64,000 bases of DNA from the NCBI GenBank assembly GCA_013239625.1, contig MU054323.1:558001-622000 (forward strand), written 5' to 3'. Shown in pieces: positions 59,901-64,000 of the stretch. The DNA is from Lama guanicoe (lineage: Eukaryota). The notes under the pieces were generated by a model, which saw nothing but the letters and a program-made list of their open reading frames with translations, was not told where the DNA came from and ran no database searches. The position numbers and the translations under genes are program-made. Position 1 is the first letter of the stretch; each line of letters opens with the position of its first letter.

Positions 59901-60509
59901 GTGCTCAACAAATATTCTCATTCCACAAAGATACTGTAAATCACTTTTCAGAAACAATGGACAGCTTGGCCAATGACCTGGTCAAGCAGATATCTCTGCT
60001 CCCTCCAAATCCCTTGATAACAATATACTATTAGCTGTAGTTTGGGGCAGAGTTTGTAGCTCTTCACACTCCCTAGTCCCTGGCAGTGGATTCCATCTCT
60101 GTTTTTTTTCACATAAAGAATCTTCCTTAGCACAATTACTTGGATGGGGTAATGGAGATGGTAATCATTTATTTATACTATAGTGTGAATGACATCTCTA
60201 GGAGCTAGACAGTGCACTACTACTTGGTAGTCATGCTTGTTCTGGACTTCCACACTTACCCTGAATGCAAGTAGTTCTTGGCCATTTCTTTATGTCTCTG
60301 GTTCTGGAGCTCCATAAGATTATATTTCAGCTCTCCAGTGATATATTTCTACCATTTATGGCCCATTTATGGAGCTGATAGTATTACTTTAAGCATGAGT
60401 GCCTTTTGACATATTTAAAAATCTCTGGTCTACTACAACATGTGTCTGGAGTGCAAGCTGGGATGAGGTGGCTTGTTTGGGAATTCAAAGCCCCATCTTG
60501 ACAGAAAGC

Positions 60510-60880
60510 CAGCATTCATTTTAACAGTAAAAAATCTGAAACAGCCTAAATATCCAACATGGTTAACATGTTTAACTAAACTATATTTACTTTCATAGTA
60601 CGGATTTTATGCAGCTTTTCAAAGTTACGTTTTTGGAATAAGTTTAATGATATTTGAAAAATCCTAATTTTAACTGGAAAAATGAGATTTTTACATGTAT
60701 ATGTACTACAATATCAACGAAGTAAAATGCTTATAAAAAGACTGCAAGGAACTAATGTAAAACCAGAGCTACTGTGCTTGGTGTTGCTATGAGTTGTTAA
60801 ATTGCTAAATAAATACTTCTATAAACTTCAAGTTTTTTTAAATAACAGATACGCATTACATTGATCAGCAGAAACAAGTG
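60510..60880 (+). mobile_element. Old L1ME 3' end fragment
   Basis: AAAATCTGAAACAGCCTAAATATCCAACA..TTTTATGCAGC..AAAGACTG.AAGGAA. Confidence 0.55.
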
Positions 60881-61464
60881 ACTAGTATAATAAAAGCAAA
60901 AGGTCACTCACTGTGTTGGGTTTAGCTTGAAGAGGCGCTCCATCACTTCTGTGTGTCTCTCCTGTCTGTACCCAAACCCAGGGACTCTCAGACTCAAATG
61001 CTGTGGCCAGTTGGATGGGATGGCACTCAGGCTCCTAGGATCTCCACTGTCAAGCTGACGGGTCACACTGGACTGCCTCTTTTTTTTTTTTTTAACACTC
61101 TTTGTACATCTGTATGCTGCATAACCAGCACATCATTTCTGCCTTGTTAAAGAACCCCAAAGTCTACTTGTCATCTCAACCACTATATGCTGCCCAATAC
61201 TGTCATATACCATGTGGATCTAAGAGCTACTGCATACAGCACATGCTTTGTGTATCTACACTGAAATCCCCACCTGCACAATGACAGTTCTGCCTCTGCC
61301 CAGGATGAAGGAAGCATGGAAAAGTAAAAAGAGGTAGTTTCATAAAGTCGTAGGGCTCTGTGTAGTTCTAGTTTTTATTTTAAAATTTCTATTTTTGCTA
61401 TGAAAATGTCTGGGGCAGTAAAATAAGATTTAGTATGAGCTCTTTGATTCTTTTGATTCTGCCA

Positions 61465-61640
61465 TTGTTGGGGCTGTGGTCAAGAGTCCTAAAGATGTAA
61501 GTTCAAATGCTGGCCCCTTCAGCCCAGTGTGGCCTTAGTAAGCCACGTCACCTCTCCAAGTTTCACATCCTTAGCTGCAAAATAACAATAATCATCTGGG
61601 CTTTGAAAGGTCGCTGTGAGCTTTGGTCATGGTCACCTAT
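61465..61640 (+). mobile_element. MIR
   Basis: GTGGTCAAGAG..GTTCAAATGCTGGC..GTGTGGCCTT..CACCTCTC..AGTTTC.CATC..GCTGTGAG. Confidence 0.65.
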
Positions 61641-62324
61641 ATAAAGCCCCTTTTTCATAGCAATTAATGAGAAAATTCTTTCCTTCTACCCCCAATGTAA
61701 ATCCAGGTGGGTTTGTAGAGTAAGACCACACTGAATTCCCTCAATGGAGTCTTTGCTGCTGCTGAAGGCCTTCCAGCCGAAATTCCAGAGTGGGTTTATC
61801 CAGATGAGCAGGCACTCTTCTTGTTAACGTTGTCTCCTTTGAGGATGTGCACCTCAGAGAATTCAAGAGCTTGGACTGCGTGTCGCTCTGTTCCAAGAGA
61901 CTTTCCTCAAGCCTGGAGGACACCTTTTTTATTTCTCAGACACCTCTGCCACTGCCTTTCATCTTAGGGCCCCGGAGAAGAGAGTTTGATTGGACCTGTC
62001 AGCAACTCTAAGGAGGCCACTTGAAAGTCATTTGAAGAATTCCCACACCCAAGAGCATCTCAGGGCAGCTGGGAAGATCCAGGCAGCCTTGAAACTCATT
62101 GTCATGTCTTGTCCCAGACGGCTGCCTTTTTAATGAAAAAGGCCTGGTTTGTGTGGGCTTGTGAAAGAGTTTTCTATGTGTGAATTAGTGGTTTTGCAAC
62201 TCCTCGTGGTAGAGGAAATTCCACATGGACTAATCAGAGCAGGAGGTTCTTTCTCTGCGGTAAAACATTCCCGCCATTAGTTATGATATTGATAAATATA
62301 TAATACGTAGGAAATAATATCAAG

Positions 62325-62545
62325 TATCAAACTTCTATGATGTTCCAGGAACTCTGAGAGATGCATTGCCTACCTTCTGTGAAACCTTCTACAAGATACA
62401 CATCACTACTCTGCAAGATAAGAATTGTAGTTTCCACTTATAGGTGAAGAAACTAAGGTTCACAGGGTTTAAATGACTTTCCAAAGGTCACTGGACAGAG
62501 GAGCCTGGGTTAAAATATAGGCCTATTTTATTTCAAATTGCACGC
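62325..62545 (-). mobile_element. MIR
   Basis: TTCCACTTATAGGTGAAGAAACTAAGGTTCACAGGGTTTAAATGACTTTCCAAAGGTCAC. Confidence 0.75.
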
Positions 62546-63379
62546 TCTTGAAAAATGAATCTAACCGCCCCTCAATAAACATAGATAGTTTGAAAGAAGA
62601 GAAATATGGGCAGTTGCTAATATTAAGAGCCAAGATATGGGAGGAAAATAAGTCAATTTTTCTGGGCTGATGTTTGAGTTAAAAGGTTCTTGCTGGTATG
62701 AGCCACAGTTAAATCGGTACCAATTAGAGTCAAGTGTAATGAAAAATAAATACAGCTGAGCTGTTAGACGGGCTGCTGTGGTCCAGGATCTGTCAGCACT
62801 TCTATTATACATTGAGTTTTTTCAAGGAATTATAAGGGCTGTAAAAAATGTGTGCTATGGGGGAACTTGGCAGAAAAAAAGTTTCCATTTAAAGAGCTTT
62901 TCAAATATATTTTCTAAAGTTCCAAAAAATTAGGTTTGACACTTTAGTCATGAAGTTAGCAACCATTTAAATAGCCCAACACATTTTAATCAACTGCTGC
63001 AGCGAAGAAGTAGTCAGCATGAGGACACATGCTTCCATGGGGGTCCCTCAGCCGCCATCAGGGGCTTCTGCCTCCACGCTTTCTCCCTGACCGTGCTCTT
63101 GTTGGTCTCTACAGCAGACGGATTATCAGCAACAGCCCCCCCTTTCCAAGGGACTAAAGAGGATGCTGTGATGACCCTGGTTGCTAACGCTTGGGGACAT
63201 TATATCCGACATACTGAGATGTTCATCAGAATCCCAGTCTGGACCAGAACTCGGCTTCGTTGGAAGGATCCCAGACTGGAGGCTGACAACCATTTGGTGA
63301 GGGTATGGCTAAGAGGCTGGCATTGAGGAGGTGGCTTAAGAAAATGTTGTCACTATATAGTCTTGCAGAAAAAAAGCAA

Positions 63380-63720
63380 TTCAGAAGGTCTTGTTCTGAT
63401 TTCAGTCACTTAGGAGCACTCTAGACTTGAAGATAACTAGACGCCAGATCGAGATGGGTTGAGAAGTGAATAAGAGGTAGGAATGGAGAGAGAACAGAAT
63501 ATCCTTTCGAGAAGTTCGGATGTGAACAGAAGCAAGATGGCACCGTGACCAGGAGGGGACAGTATCAAGAGAGGTTATGTTTTAGTACAGAAGAGGCTTG
63601 AACATGTAATCTAATCTGAGAAGAGAGTGATAGACAGATGATTGAAGGCGCAGGTGGGAGGGGTGGGAAATTAACAGACCACTATGGTCGGAAAACACAA
63701 GCCAAAGGCCTAGAGGGAGA
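63380..63720 (-). mobile_element. L2 fragment
   Basis: GCCAGAT..GGGTTGAGAAGTGAATAAGAGGT.GGAA.TGGAGA..CTTTCGAGAAGTT.GG.TGTGAA..GGCTTGAACATG. Confidence 0.65.
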
Positions 63721-64000
63721 AGATGTCCTTCCACGGTAGAAAAGGGGCTGTTGCCTACAGAGTGGGCAGCTTTGTAGGGAAGGCCAGAATCTCTGCATCT
63801 TAATAAGCTCCACAAGGAGACTCTGTGTTTGGGTCAAATCTGAGGACACGGCTTCCATGTGTCTGCATCTGCTTGGCTTATGTAGAAGCATTATTTGAGT
63901 CATGACTGTGGCACTAGTTGTGAACTTGTGACAGGAAACACCAAGCCCCTGCATGGTCATATTGATGGGAAATAGTTGAATGTGGACAAGTGAGGCTCCC

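Noticed and set aside
63219..63280. Resemblance of MFIRIPVWTRTRLRWKDPRL to the Cys-loop receptor motif (e.g. glycine receptor MDYRVNIFLRQQWNDPRL)
   Set aside because: It needs a 2-residue insertion, the flanks do not resemble the family, and no other receptor exons are visible. It is probably chance; an HMMER search against Neur_chan_LBD would settle it.
1..64000. The ORF track as protein-coding genes
   Set aside because: The ORFs are short, overlap on both strands, often start at non-ATG codons or lie in repeats, and none except the Tigger1 remnant resembles a protein I recognise. This is what non-coding mammalian DNA yields by chance.

Overview
This window is mammalian genomic DNA, very probably from a camelid (alpaca/vicuna/camel). 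The evidence is three copies of a tRNA-Ala-headed SINE with an AT-rich tail ending in ...CCTAATTACC-like motifs, resembling the camelid vic-1 SINE. I found no recognisable protein-coding gene, rRNA, true tRNA gene or prokaryote-type system, and the window reads as intergenic or deep-intronic sequence. A large fraction is transposon debris: MIR, L2, old L1M, MaLR MLT1 LTRs, ERVL and ERV1 solo LTRs, hAT MITEs (MER5A, MER20, MER96-like), an internally deleted Tigger1 and a 5'-inverted lineage L1. Between these lie several repeat-free blocks rich in homeodomain/SOX/TCF/RFX motifs that look like developmental enhancers, plus two good CTCF motifs. The only ORF with a recognisable product is a Tigger1 transposase C-terminal remnant (38031-38402). 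Structural oddities are an unexplained ~72-bp dispersed duplication (10.7/11.6 kb), a perfect 3x42-bp tandem array, a pair of inverted same-family solo LTRs, and a false duplication around a 160-N gap. Repeat family names come from recalled consensus features, not a database search, and most old-repeat boundaries are approximate (+/-30 bp). I found no convincing previously undescribed biological system.
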